This document shows, piece after piece, positions 20,599 through 29,233 of a stretch of DNA of 64,000 nucleotides. Each line of letters begins with the position of its first letter. Position 1 is the stretch's first letter. The notes beneath the pieces are model-generated. The model had not been told where the DNA came from and searched no databases. It worked only from the letters and a program-made list of their open reading frames with translations. A program made the translations under genes and the position numbers. Source of the DNA: a virus; the IMG/VR virus record IMGVR_UViG_3300034375_013346, positions 1 to 64,000 of that record; one strand, given 5' to 3'.

Positions 20599-20673
20599 TG
20601 GTAGCCCCGCCAGGAATCGAACCTGGATCTAAAATTTAGGAAATTCTTATTCTATCCGTTGAACTACGGGGCC
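20599..20673 (-). tRNA. tRNA-Arg(CCT)
   Basis: cloverleaf; anticodon loop TTCCTAA; GGTTCGATTCC T-arm; encoded CCA. Confidence 0.9.
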
Positions 20674-20677
20674 AGAT

Positions 20678-20932
20678 TTATTTCTTCTTTCTCATTTCCT
20701 CCGTTATTTCTTCTATCTCCTCCTCTGTCATATCCTTTATCATGCTATTAAGAACCATATCTAGAGCATGGTCCTCGTCCCACTCCTCAATGCCGTCGTT
20801 TATGACTCTTTCCCAGTCATCATAAAGTCCTGATTCTTGATCCCGCTTCATCATATCAACAAGAATCCTTTGTCTACGGTTGGGCATTAGCCAATTCAAA
20901 AACTTATTCAAACATCTCCTCATTCCTTTCAT
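20678..20932 (-). CDS. hypothetical protein
   Basis: 84-aa ORF. Confidence 0.55.
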   Translation of the reverse strand: MKGMRRCLNKFLNWLMPNRRQRILVDMMKRDQESGLYDDWERVINDGIEEWDEDHALDMVLNSMIKDMTEEEIEEITEEMRKKK

Positions 20933-21394
20933 TTCTCTTTGGTGTTAAAGGTTTCTATGTAATGATTTAAAGCCTCTTCAAAAGTTCTGCTCTTATCATA
21001 TACTTGGTCATCACGACCTTGCTGATAAAACCATTTCGCTATTTTTATATAGTTCATCTCTCTTTGGTATTATATCTAAACACGAGTAATCTATTCTTTA
21101 ATGTATTACAATACTAAAGAATAAAGGCGTTATAAAAAAATAAAAACGGTATTTAAATAAATAGGATTACATCGCCATACTCTGGCCATTCATCCTCTGT
21201 GTCATCCTGTAGAATAGGACTTATCCTTTCCTCCAGACTTTTGATGTTATCCGAAGAAGTATTTTCTGCATTCTTATTTGCTTTTTCTTCGGGATCTGGG
21301 GTAAGGTATTGGGTCATTTGATGATGGATATTTTAATATATCTATCTCAAAAAAAGTACCGTTTTGGCCTAATATGAAGACATTTTCGAAAAAA

Positions 21395-22033
21395 TTATTT
21401 TATCCAGTTGCTGTAGTCCATAGTCTGGTTTTGTATATCACTATACCCAGCTCTTTGAACCGCTACTGCAGGATAAAAGCAATAGAAGTTGTGTGATTTT
21501 TGTAAATCCGTATATGCAACATCCAGTGGGGAATCAACCTTCCTTATCTTATCTAAAACACCCGGTATAAAAGATCCACTGAACCCCACGCAGTGGGTCG
21601 AGAAGGTATGGCTGATCTTTAGCAGTCTTTCGTTATGATTTTTTGGCATTGGAATACCTTTATGGGTATTATGATTCCCGCCAAAATATAAAGAATCCCA
21701 ATTTTCCGGTATGTAATCTAGATTTGACATATCGGATATCCCCGGAGTAAATTCAACATCATCCTCCATTATTAGTACCCTGTCAACCTTGTCCCTAATG
21801 CACTCTTCCATTATTTGTATGTTGGTCATCACAAGACCCGCAGCTGCTCTGGGAAATTTTTTATTTATCCCCCCAGCATTGGTGAGGACATCTCCGTCTA
21901 CTGCACTATATCTTTTTACGCCGGATAGCCCGAATTTTTCAGATTCCTCCAGAAATGATTCCCACCTGTCCGGCCTCCTGTCCAAGTTGATACAGTATAT
22001 TCTATCGAATATTAGATTCAGTATATTTTTCAT
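21395..22033 (-). CDS. glycosyltransferase family 25-like
   Basis: YCINLDRRPDRW, SAVDG, MEDDV, QRAGYSDI. Confidence 0.85.
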   Translation of the reverse strand: MKNILNLIFDRIYCINLDRRPDRWESFLEESEKFGLSGVKRYSAVDGDVLTNAGGINKKFPRAAAGLVMTNIQIMEECIRDKVDRVLIMEDDVEFTPGISDMSNLDYIPENWDSLYFGGNHNTHKGIPMPKNHNERLLKISHTFSTHCVGFSGSFIPGVLDKIRKVDSPLDVAYTDLQKSHNFYCFYPAVAVQRAGYSDIQNQTMDYSNWIK

Positions 22034-22258
22034 ATCCTCTTAATTCTCTTAGAGATGTTAGAACACTATGTTTCAGTAAAATTATTAACCCAAAAAATGC
22101 CCGCGGAAGAAGGGATTCCTGAATATATACAATGTCTCCAGACTGAAAAGTCAGTCCACAAATCAAAAAAATTACCAATTACAAAACGAAGTCCATGATT
22201 TACATGATGGACTAGAAATCAGTGATCATAAAAGATCGAAAAAATTATATCAACCAAA

Positions 22259-22705
22259 ATGACAAGTTTATATCGTAGTACATCCATTATTTTTTTGCTA
22301 TCAATTCTACACATAATCTCATATTCACAGACTTGCCAACAGCACATACTTTCAACAGTTCCAGCCACTGAATGGACCACTTGGCAATACGTTAGTTGTG
22401 AAACATCCGATACAGTCACCCAAAGTCTACCCTGCTGTGGATGGACATTACCTGTATGCGCCGTAATTGGAACTGTCGAGCTCATTGATGGGGACGGATT
22501 TAGTGCTCCACTAATTAATGAGGTTGGTGGTCCATGGGAATCCTGTAGTCAATATAACGAAAATGAAACTGACACCTGTCAGTGGGATCTGGATCAGGAT
22601 GGAAGGATAGCTGTTTCAGATCTGCTTATAATGCTAGCCAACGATAGCTATGGTGAGGGTGATTTGGAGGGTCTCCTAAATAACTTCTCAAATCAATGCG
22701 AATAA
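22259..22705 (+). CDS. secreted Cys-rich protein with dockerin/EF-hand-like C-terminus
   Basis: signal-peptide-like N-terminus; DLDQDGRIAVSDLL. Confidence 0.6.
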   Translation: MTSLYRSTSIIFLLSILHIISYSQTCQQHILSTVPATEWTTWQYVSCETSDTVTQSLPCCGWTLPVCAVIGTVELIDGDGFSAPLINEVGGPWESCSQYNENETDTCQWDLDQDGRIAVSDLLIMLANDSYGEGDLEGLLNNFSNQCE

Positions 22706-25700
22706 TCAGTCTTTTATCACTGCTGTTATTATTTCCTATTCACAGTTCTTTCTCGCAATGTGATGTTTTTATCGAACCAGGATCAGTTAATGTTATAGAC
22801 AATGGCTCTGGTGTAATGTTTGAGTTTGATGTTACAAACTCATCCTCTGGTGATTGGTACGGGGACGTCTTAAAAATGTACTGGTCTCTCAATTCGGGTG
22901 CCCCTATATGGAATATCGATTATAGTACTAACACAAATCAACCGCCAATAGCCCCAGGAGAAACTCGTACTTTAGAAACCCCCTGGTTCGATATTCCTAA
23001 TCTCCCTTCTTGGTTTCCTGAAGACCCAGGACCAGGAGGTACTTTGGATGACAACTGGATAGAAGCTTACGAATGGCCCTATTGGTCAGTAACCCCAGAT
23101 GGGTTTGATGGTACTTGGTCACAAGTTAACCTCAGACTAGGAAGTTGCGGATTAGCTGATGGTGCTTGGGTATACAACTCAGACGGTACACAATACTATG
23201 GTCCATTTAATTCTGATTGTCCTGATCTAAATGGAGACGCCTTTTGTGATTGTGATTTAGATTTTATAGGATTCGACCCAGTCACTCTGGATGTAAGTGT
23301 CGAGGTTATAAGCGACTGGAACTGTGGCACTACATTGAACGCTGGGATGAGTTCCGAAATGAGCTCCATTAATCACATACACTTCGGAATCCATGTCCCA
23401 GGATGGGATTATCCATGGGGATGCACAACCGGGATTAATCACCCGGGATGGTCATTTGCAGGATGGAGTAGCTTAGGAATAGAATCCTCTGAATTACATG
23501 CTGGTGACATCTTTAATGCTAACCTTCTAGATATTGGCGGAAGTGGTGATTGCTTTCAAGAGATTCTATCCAGTGATACCTTGACCGCTTGTCCTGAAAT
23601 TGTTATATGGCAAATAAATTATTCTAAAACCTTAAACGTATCGGATGGCGGATGGGCGGTAAACCCAAGCATCGGAAATAGTACACAGGAATATCCCGAC
23701 ATTTCCATAGGTCTAAACTCCCTATCTGCTTGCGATACACCTCCCCCATTGTATCCAGGTTGCATGGATCCTGAAGCAACTAACTACGATCCTACTGCAG
23801 GTTATGACGATAATACATGCGCATACGGTCCTGTTCTAGGATGTACAGATCCTGTGGCTTGCAATTACAATAGCTCAGCCAATTCAAACGATGGAAGTTG
23901 CGATTATTCTTGCATTGGATGTACGGATGAAAGCGCAAGTAATTATAATCCTGAAGCAGTATATGATAATAATTCTTGCGAATATCTCTTCCCAGACGCA
24001 GATCCCTCGGTAAACTTTAACCAAGTAATATGCAACGGGGAAGATCCGGAAAACTCATATAATATCTTTGTTTATAACTACGGTGAAGATACACTCTTCT
24101 ATTATTGCATAGAAATCCCAGAATTGGAATTTGATGAATGTTATAACGGATATGAAATGGGAAATCTATGGATTGAACCAGGGGCAGGACAATTCATGGG
24201 AACTTTTAATGTCCCAAGCAACCTATCCCAATTCACCGTTATAGTTTATGATGCAGATGGAGAACCAGTTGGCGACGGTGGGAATAACGTACAGGTGATT
24301 AATATAAGTCCAATATTAGTCAATCCTTGTCTACCCCTGATTGATCTAGGAATAGACACACTAACTTCACAACTTGGGGGTTGTAACGGCCAGCCTATTT
24401 ATTGGATACCCCAAGTCAACGTAATTAACTACGGGGAAGAAGACATAACCGAGTTCTGCACAACCTTCGATATCCTGAATGACGGAATCCCAATGGATAC
24501 TATTTGTCTCGATGGATTATCTTTATCCCCAGGAGATACGCTGGTCGTCGAATTCCCACAAAACAATTATGGAGCTGATCTTCCTGTAACAGTAACCACA
24601 AATATCATACATATAAATGGTGAAAATCCACCAAGTACAGCCGGCTATGATCAAGTTTACGATAACAACTATAGTGTAAATAACTTCCAGATGTGGTGTT
24701 ACGATTGTACAGATCCAGAGGCAAACAACTATAACGAATATGCTACTGATGATGACGGATCTTGCACTTACGATTTATTAGAACTGATCTATGTTGACCT
24801 CTACCCTATTAATGGATGTGACCTCACGGAAGGCGGATATTACATACCGGAAATTCTATTTGAAAATACAGGAAACGTAGAAATAACCGAGTTTTGCTCT
24901 ACCTACGACATTTACGGATCAACATACGAGGAGGAATTTTGTTGGACAGGAACCTTAAATCCGGGGGATCTTATTTACATACAGTTCCCTCCTGTTTTTG
25001 AGGATGGATTAGGTGCTGCCTATATACAAGTAAATGGAATAAATGGACAGATAAGCTTCACTGAGACAATCACTGGGGTTAACTATGCATCATATTCGGA
25101 TGACGAGTGCATATATGGATGTACGATAGTTGAGGCATGCAATTACGATCCTTTAGCCACAGTAAATGACGGTAGTTGTGATTTTGAAACCTGTGTAGGA
25201 TGTACCGACCCTCTAGCTACTAACTACAACCCAGATGCTTGGTTTGACGACGGATCTTGTGAATATGACATACTTGGTTGCACGGATCCGGCTGCATTAA
25301 ATTATGATCCTCTGGCTACTTTGGACGACGGAAGCTGCCAATACGTAATTTATCTAGGAGGATGCACAGACCCAGAAGCTATTAACTACAATGTTGCTGC
25401 AACATATGACGACGGAAGCTGCATATATGATCCATGTAGCGGAATACTAGGAGCAGTTTATTATGCACCCAATACATTCACTCCTAATAACGATGGTGTG
25501 AATGATGGATGGACCATAGTTACTGATCCTCAATGCTGGTTAAAGTGGCACGTACAGATCTACAACCGTTGGGGACAACTTATTTGGGAATCTTTCACTC
25601 CAGGAGAGGTTTGGCCAGGGTCTCAATTCGACGGAGGATATTACGTAGCTGATGGAGTTTATTTCTATCAGGTTATTGGCATCGGATACAACCCAGCTAA

Positions 25701-25740
25701 CACATTCAGAACCTCCGGGAATATAACAGTATTTAGATAA
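22696..25740 (+). CDS. large secreted/surface protein with Cys-rich repeats and T9SS type-B (gliding-motility, CHU_C) C-terminal domain
   Basis: signal peptide; 8 GCTDPxAxNYxxxAxxDDGSC repeats; C-terminal PNTFTPNNDGVND...IYNRWG...GVYFY...GNITVFR. Confidence 0.85.
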   Translation: MRIISLLSLLLLFPIHSSFSQCDVFIEPGSVNVIDNGSGVMFEFDVTNSSSGDWYGDVLKMYWSLNSGAPIWNIDYSTNTNQPPIAPGETRTLETPWFDIPNLPSWFPEDPGPGGTLDDNWIEAYEWPYWSVTPDGFDGTWSQVNLRLGSCGLADGAWVYNSDGTQYYGPFNSDCPDLNGDAFCDCDLDFIGFDPVTLDVSVEVISDWNCGTTLNAGMSSEMSSINHIHFGIHVPGWDYPWGCTTGINHPGWSFAGWSSLGIESSELHAGDIFNANLLDIGGSGDCFQEILSSDTLTACPEIVIWQINYSKTLNVSDGGWAVNPSIGNSTQEYPDISIGLNSLSACDTPPPLYPGCMDPEATNYDPTAGYDDNTCAYGPVLGCTDPVACNYNSSANSNDGSCDYSCIGCTDESASNYNPEAVYDNNSCEYLFPDADPSVNFNQVICNGEDPENSYNIFVYNYGEDTLFYYCIEIPELEFDECYNGYEMGNLWIEPGAGQFMGTFNVPSNLSQFTVIVYDADGEPVGDGGNNVQVINISPILVNPCLPLIDLGIDTLTSQLGGCNGQPIYWIPQVNVINYGEEDITEFCTTFDILNDGIPMDTICLDGLSLSPGDTLVVEFPQNNYGADLPVTVTTNIIHINGENPPSTAGYDQVYDNNYSVNNFQMWCYDCTDPEANNYNEYATDDDGSCTYDLLELIYVDLYPINGCDLTEGGYYIPEILFENTGNVEITEFCSTYDIYGSTYEEEFCWTGTLNPGDLIYIQFPPVFEDGLGAAYIQVNGINGQISFTETITGVNYASYSDDECIYGCTIVEACNYDPLATVNDGSCDFETCVGCTDPLATNYNPDAWFDDGSCEYDILGCTDPAALNYDPLATLDDGSCQYVIYLGGCTDPEAINYNVAATYDDGSCIYDPCSGILGAVYYAPNTFTPNNDGVNDGWTIVTDPQCWLKWHVQIYNRWGQLIWESFTPGEVWPGSQFDGGYYVADGVYFYQVIGIGYNPANTFRTSGNITVFR
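23758..25422 (+). repeat. eight dispersed ~21-aa coding repeats (GCTDPxAxNYxPxAxxDDGSC)
   Basis: visible in the translation as clusters of 3, 1 and 4. Confidence 0.85.
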
Positions 25741-25744
25741 TCCA

Positions 25745-25778
25745 CAAAGAACCCCGGATAAAAATCCAGGGTTCTTTG
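25745..25778. terminator. bidirectional intrinsic terminator
   Basis: CAAAGAACCC...GGGTTCTTTG inverted repeat between convergent genes. Confidence 0.7.
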
Positions 25779-25802
25779 GTATAGACGAGGAACAGAGATT
25801 TC

Positions 25803-26408
25803 TCAATCCTCGAATAAGCTTTCAGTGTTCGTTTTTCGGTTAAAGTATTTCTCTGCATGCTCCCGATTTAATGCATTCACAAACTCATCGATTTCATCCG
25901 CTGACGAGAAAACAAAAACCCCTCCCTTGGAATCAATATACTGATTGGAGTATGAGTTGAGTTCTCCGGTGGAAACGATAAGTAGAGGAGCACCATCGAT
26001 GTGCTTAAATCTATAGGTCAATCTTACGCTGTAGTCGAAGTTCCAATCACCATATGTAAATGCACATTTGAGATTTCTTGGTTTAATTGACATCTCTTTT
26101 TCAAGATCCGTTACATTATTAGCAACAGAAATCGAATCCCATTCGGCATACTTACTCCTCGCTTGTTCCATGTTGCTAATTAAGGAAGCAAGATCATCAG
26201 GTTTTTCAACCATTAAAACAACAGGTCTATTTTCACCAGCTAGAGAATACATGTCAATAAAGTATTCATAATCACCGTCGTCCTGGACTGCGGAGACCTC
26301 ATATGAGGGATTTTCAAAATAGCTCATCATATACGAGCTAATAGCTTCTTGACCCGATGCTGAAGCTGAGAGGATCAGGGCAAAGATAAACGGCGCTACT
26401 TTTTCCAT
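25803..26408 (-). CDS. hypothetical exported protein
   Basis: signal peptide ending ASASG. Confidence 0.65.
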   Translation of the reverse strand: MEKVAPFIFALILSASASGQEAISSYMMSYFENPSYEVSAVQDDGDYEYFIDMYSLAGENRPVVLMVEKPDDLASLISNMEQARSKYAEWDSISVANNVTDLEKEMSIKPRNLKCAFTYGDWNFDYSVRLTYRFKHIDGAPLLIVSTGELNSYSNQYIDSKGGVFVFSSADEIDEFVNALNREHAEKYFNRKTNTESLFED

Positions 26409-26526
26409 GTCGGAATTTTTTGGTTTTTAAAGATTTTCGGATTGGGGTGGATTCACGCTTGAATCCTTTTTGATGACTGTAAATCTAATCAATATCTACG
26501 GAATAAAAAAATTACTCCTTTTTTTG

Positions 26527-26612
26527 TACTCGAAGCGGGACTCGAACCCGCACGAACAATTCTGTTCAGCAGAGTTTAAGTCTGCCGTGTCTCCCAATTC
26601 CACCATTCGAGC
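26527..26612 (-). tRNA. tRNA-Leu(TAA)
   Basis: GCAGA-CTTAAAC-TCTGC anticodon arm; long variable arm. Confidence 0.9.
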
Positions 26613-26637
26613 ATATTTCACAACTCGGATTCAATCT

Positions 26638-26910
26638 TCATATTCGCCGTTCCGCATGGTTTTTTTTATTTAGGGTTAGGTATACACCAAATAAGGCGGA
26701 GATAAAGATAAACAAAAATCCTGGGTCAATTGATATTGTACCGCAACAGTTGTAGCAAGGATGTTGTGTATCGTTACACCACCACGGTGGATTTACCTGA
26801 TAGCAAGGCTGACAGTCGCTTTCTTCGGGCCCGCTAAGATAAGATCCGCTGCCATAGTCAGTGAGATATGGGTTGTTTGTAAAAGCTGGATCTTTTTTCG
26901 GATCATACAT
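26638..26910 (-). CDS. small Cys-rich protein with C-terminal sorting-signal-like tail
   Basis: SIDPG + TM helix + basic cluster. Confidence 0.5.
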   Translation of the reverse strand: MYDPKKDPAFTNNPYLTDYGSGSYLSGPEESDCQPCYQVNPPWWCNDTQHPCYNCCGTISIDPGFLFIFISALFGVYLTLNKKNHAERRI

Positions 26911-26939
26911 GGTGATGCAGATTCATGATAAGGAATTCA

Positions 26940-27605
26940 TTATTTTTTCCTTAGTACCAATTTTTGATTTGGCCCGAGCTGATATTCACCTAAAAGTTCC
27001 CACGGGGATTCTGGCTTTTTGCAGTAGTGGTATATCATGGATCCTTTGCCCAATATCTCCTGTCTTACCTCGTATTGTTCGGTGTCCCCGCCATTCCACT
27101 TCCAGAAAATAAAAGTGCCCCTCATAAAATTATCGTCTACCACGATATAGCTTCCGCTTTCCATTTTGCTCTCTATTGCTTGAAACTCCAAGAATCCGTG
27201 GAGCATAGCTGGCTCTGGGTCAAATATATCAAGATCCCAAGAATCCAGGTGTACTATGGTTGGACTACCATCATATTTTTCTAGGAATTGAATTGAATCG
27301 GATGTAGATGCTGTATACTCAAGATCAGGTAAGAATTTATTGAATATCTCAATGCTGGAATCACATACCTCTTTATCATTATCAACGGAACAAAAACTCC
27401 CGCCATCCAAATTAGCAAGGTGTGCAAATAGTAGACCAAAGCACCCATCACCCAGGTTTTGACTAGCACCAGTTTCGATTACCTCTATCCTATCGATTGT
27501 GTTAAGGTCTATCAATGATGCTACCTTCTCCGCCTGCTCTCTACGATCATCGCTAATCTCGGAAATCGAGGTATAAAAATCAAGGGATTTCCACCACCTT
27601 CTCAT
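26940..27605 (-). CDS. class I SAM-dependent methyltransferase
   Basis: VIETG, SVD, HLDSWD, IVVDD. Confidence 0.7.
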   Translation of the reverse strand: MRRWWKSLDFYTSISEISDDRREQAEKVASLIDLNTIDRIEVIETGASQNLGDGCFGLLFAHLANLDGGSFCSVDNDKEVCDSSIEIFNKFLPDLEYTASTSDSIQFLEKYDGSPTIVHLDSWDLDIFDPEPAMLHGFLEFQAIESKMESGSYIVVDDNFMRGTFIFWKWNGGDTEQYEVRQEILGKGSMIYHYCKKPESPWELLGEYQLGPNQKLVLRKK

Positions 27606-27620
27606 CAGCTTATAAAATGT

Positions 27621-27884
27621 TTAATATTCATATTCGCCATACACATCACCATAGTCATCCGCCGGATCTGAATCCACATGCAAGGGTTCCTGAGGTCTAT
27701 CCTTAAGAATGGTTTTAGACTTCCTCTCTATCCATCCGTAGCTATCCCCCTTGAATTCCTTCCAATTGTCAAAATCCTCAAGTTCCTTTATGATCTCGTC
27801 GGGTATTAATATAAACCCTTCGGGAGCTATACCTTGATACTTATAATAGCATGAGTATTTGATTTTATCTTCTATGTTGGACAA
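27621..27884 (-). CDS. hypothetical protein
   Basis: 87-aa ORF. Confidence 0.5.
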   Translation of the reverse strand: MSNIEDKIKYSCYYKYQGIAPEGFILIPDEIIKELEDFDNWKEFKGDSYGWIERKSKTILKDRPQEPLHVDSDPADDYGDVYGEYEY

Positions 27885-27910
27885 TTTTAGTGACTTTTCT
27901 TTGTTACTTG

Positions 27911-27986
27911 AGTCGAAGGCAGGAATCGAACCTATCGCGTCACAACCAGTCTTAGCTGGTCTGCTCTACCACTGAGCTACTTCGAC
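27911..27986 (-). ncRNA. atypical tRNA-like gene (abnormal anticodon loop, bulged T-stem)
   Basis: perfect acceptor GTCGAAG/CTTCGAC and D-arm; anticodon arm GACCAG-CTAAGA-CTGGTT; T-stem GC(GAT)AGG/CCTGC. Confidence 0.7.
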
Positions 27987-28021
27987 TTAACTACCGTTTC
28001 CGGATTTCTTAGTTTACTTAT

Positions 28022-28348
28022 CTACTTATGTTTCGAAATAGCTTCTAATTTTCTATTGATAGATTCGATATCTTTAGAAATACCATCCGCCATTTTGTCT
28101 GTCCGAGAATCTATATAGCCATAAAGCTTATTCAATTCATCGTGCACATTGTTGTTGAGGGTATCTGTATAGTCGATTTGGTCGGAATTCTGTTTATCCC
28201 TAGCCCTATCTACTTCTTCGATATTCCTCGAAAGATCAATGATCTGCTTCTTGATTTTGTTTAAATGCATGTAATTCACGAACATACCCACGACCATCAT
28301 AGCAACGATGACCGCACATACACCCGCAAGAAAATAGAATGTTTCCAT
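28022..28348 (-). CDS. membrane-anchored coiled-coil protein
   Basis: start METFYF, then TM helix and heptads; the longer ORF overlaps tRNA-Gly. Confidence 0.65.
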   Translation of the reverse strand: METFYFLAGVCAVIVAMMVVGMFVNYMHLNKIKKQIIDLSRNIEEVDRARDKQNSDQIDYTDTLNNNVHDELNKLYGYIDSRTDKMADGISKDIESINRKLEAISKHK

Positions 28349-28389
28349 AATTGTTAGTTTTATTTTTTTAGGATGGAAACGGTAGTTAG

Positions 28390-28462
28390 AGCGGGTGACC
28401 GGATTCGAACCGGCTGCCCCCAGCTTGGAAGGCTGGTGCTCGACCACATGAGCTTCACCCGC
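28390..28462 (-). tRNA. tRNA-Gly(TCC)
   Basis: CCAGC-CTTCCAA-GCTGG; acceptor GCGGGTG/CACCCGC. Confidence 0.93.
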
Positions 28463-28467
28463 TTTTG

Positions 28468-28541
28468 CTCCCCCACCTGGGCTCGAACCAGGGACCTATT
28501 GATTAACAGTCAACCGCTCTAACCAGCTGAGCTATGGGGGA
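28468..28541 (-). tRNA. tRNA-Asn(GTT)
   Basis: anticodon loop CTGTTAA; acceptor TCCCCCA/TGGGGGA. Confidence 0.93.
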
Positions 28542-28585
28542 ATAGAAAGGTCCGGGCCCAAAAAGGGCCCTTTTGAAGACCTTAG

Positions 28586-28659
28586 TTGCGGGAGTGGGAC
28601 TCGAACCCACGGCCTCCAGGTTATGAGCCTGGCGAGCTACCAACTGCTACCATCCCGCT
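28586..28659 (-). tRNA. tRNA-Met(CAT), initiator-like
   Basis: loop CTCATAA; 1:72 mismatch; GCGGGA acceptor. Confidence 0.85.
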
Positions 28660-28669
28660 ATTTGCTATG

Positions 28670-28743
28670 TGCTCCCTGTAGGGCTTGAACCTACGACCTA
28701 CCGATTATGAGTCGGGTGCTCTGACCAACTGAGCTAAGAGAGC
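28670..28743 (-). tRNA. tRNA with CAT anticodon (elongator Met or Ile2)
   Basis: loop CTCATAA; full cloverleaf; identity cannot be settled by eye. Confidence 0.85.
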
Positions 28744-28776
28744 GGAAAAGATTTTTAAAGGAAAAATTTGTCTAGG

Positions 28777-28853
28777 TAGGCACGGCGGGGATTGAACCCA
28801 CATGTAACCATTTACTCTTTCTACAAGGTATAAGCTTGAGGAGATACGTGCCC
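28777..28853 (-). ncRNA. rearranged tRNA-like RNA (TAT anticodon arm placed before a D-loop-like hairpin)
   Basis: acceptor GGGCACG/CGTGCCT-A; CAAG-CTTATAC-CTTG; GTAA-ATGG-TTAC; T-arm GTGGG-TTCAATC-CCCGC. Confidence 0.7.
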
Positions 28854-28861
28854 ATATGATC

Positions 28862-28914
28862 AGGATGTTGGGTTGTAATTTGCATAACGAAAAGAAACTT
28901 GCTGCATACATCCT
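28862..28914 (-). ncRNA. CAGCAA-motif small RNA (copy 3)
   Basis: AGGATGT-ATG-CAGCAA...ACATCCT-G. Confidence 0.6.
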
Positions 28915-28921
28915 TGTGAAG

Positions 28922-29003
28922 TACCGAGGGTCGGACTCGAACCGACACACCGTAAGGCGCTAGATCCTAAGTCTAGTGCGTCTACCAATTTCGCCACCCC
29001 GGC
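28922..29003 (-). tRNA. tRNA-Leu(TAG)
   Basis: CTAGA-CTTAGGA-TCTAG; variable arm. Confidence 0.93.
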
Positions 29004-29007
29004 ATTT

Positions 29008-29070
29008 GCAGGATATCGCTTAACCTGCGGTGAGTGTTCCTTTCACCTTTTTCCCTTTCGGTACTACGAT
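29008..29070 (-). ncRNA. candidate structured RNA between tRNA-Ser and tRNA-Leu
   Basis: CC-GAAA-GG, GGTGA/TCACC and GCAGG/CCTGC hairpins; 5' ATCG complementary to loop CGAT. Confidence 0.45.
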
Positions 29071-29078
29071 TTTTTTTG

Positions 29079-29163
29079 CGGAGAGGGAGGGATTCGAACC
29101 CCCGGTACCTTGCGGTACATCAGTTTTCAAGACTGGCGCATTCGACCACTCTGCCACCTCTCC
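29079..29163 (-). tRNA. tRNA-Ser(TGA)
   Basis: loop CTTGAAA; long variable arm GTACC-GCAA-GGTAC; G discriminator. Confidence 0.93.
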
Positions 29164-29175
29164 TAAATTTCCAAC

Positions 29176-29233
29176 ATGTCAAAGAACCTGATGTTTTGTT
29201 CATGGTTTATACTTCTTAAGCATAAAGTGTTTC
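29176..29233 (-). promoter_or_regulatory. putative tRNA-operon promoter (GAAAC-N16-GTATAA) followed by boxA-like GTTCTTTGACAT
   Basis: promoter 29207-29233; boxA-like element 29176-29187. Confidence 0.5.

Noticed and set aside
23758-25422. Repeats as a CRISPR array or mobile element
   Set aside because: They are degenerate in-frame protein repeats; no identical direct repeats with spacers or cas genes were seen in the window.
27911-27986. Reading the CTA in the aberrant tRNA loop as an amber suppressor
   Set aside because: CTA is not preceded by U33 and is not centred in a 7-nt loop.
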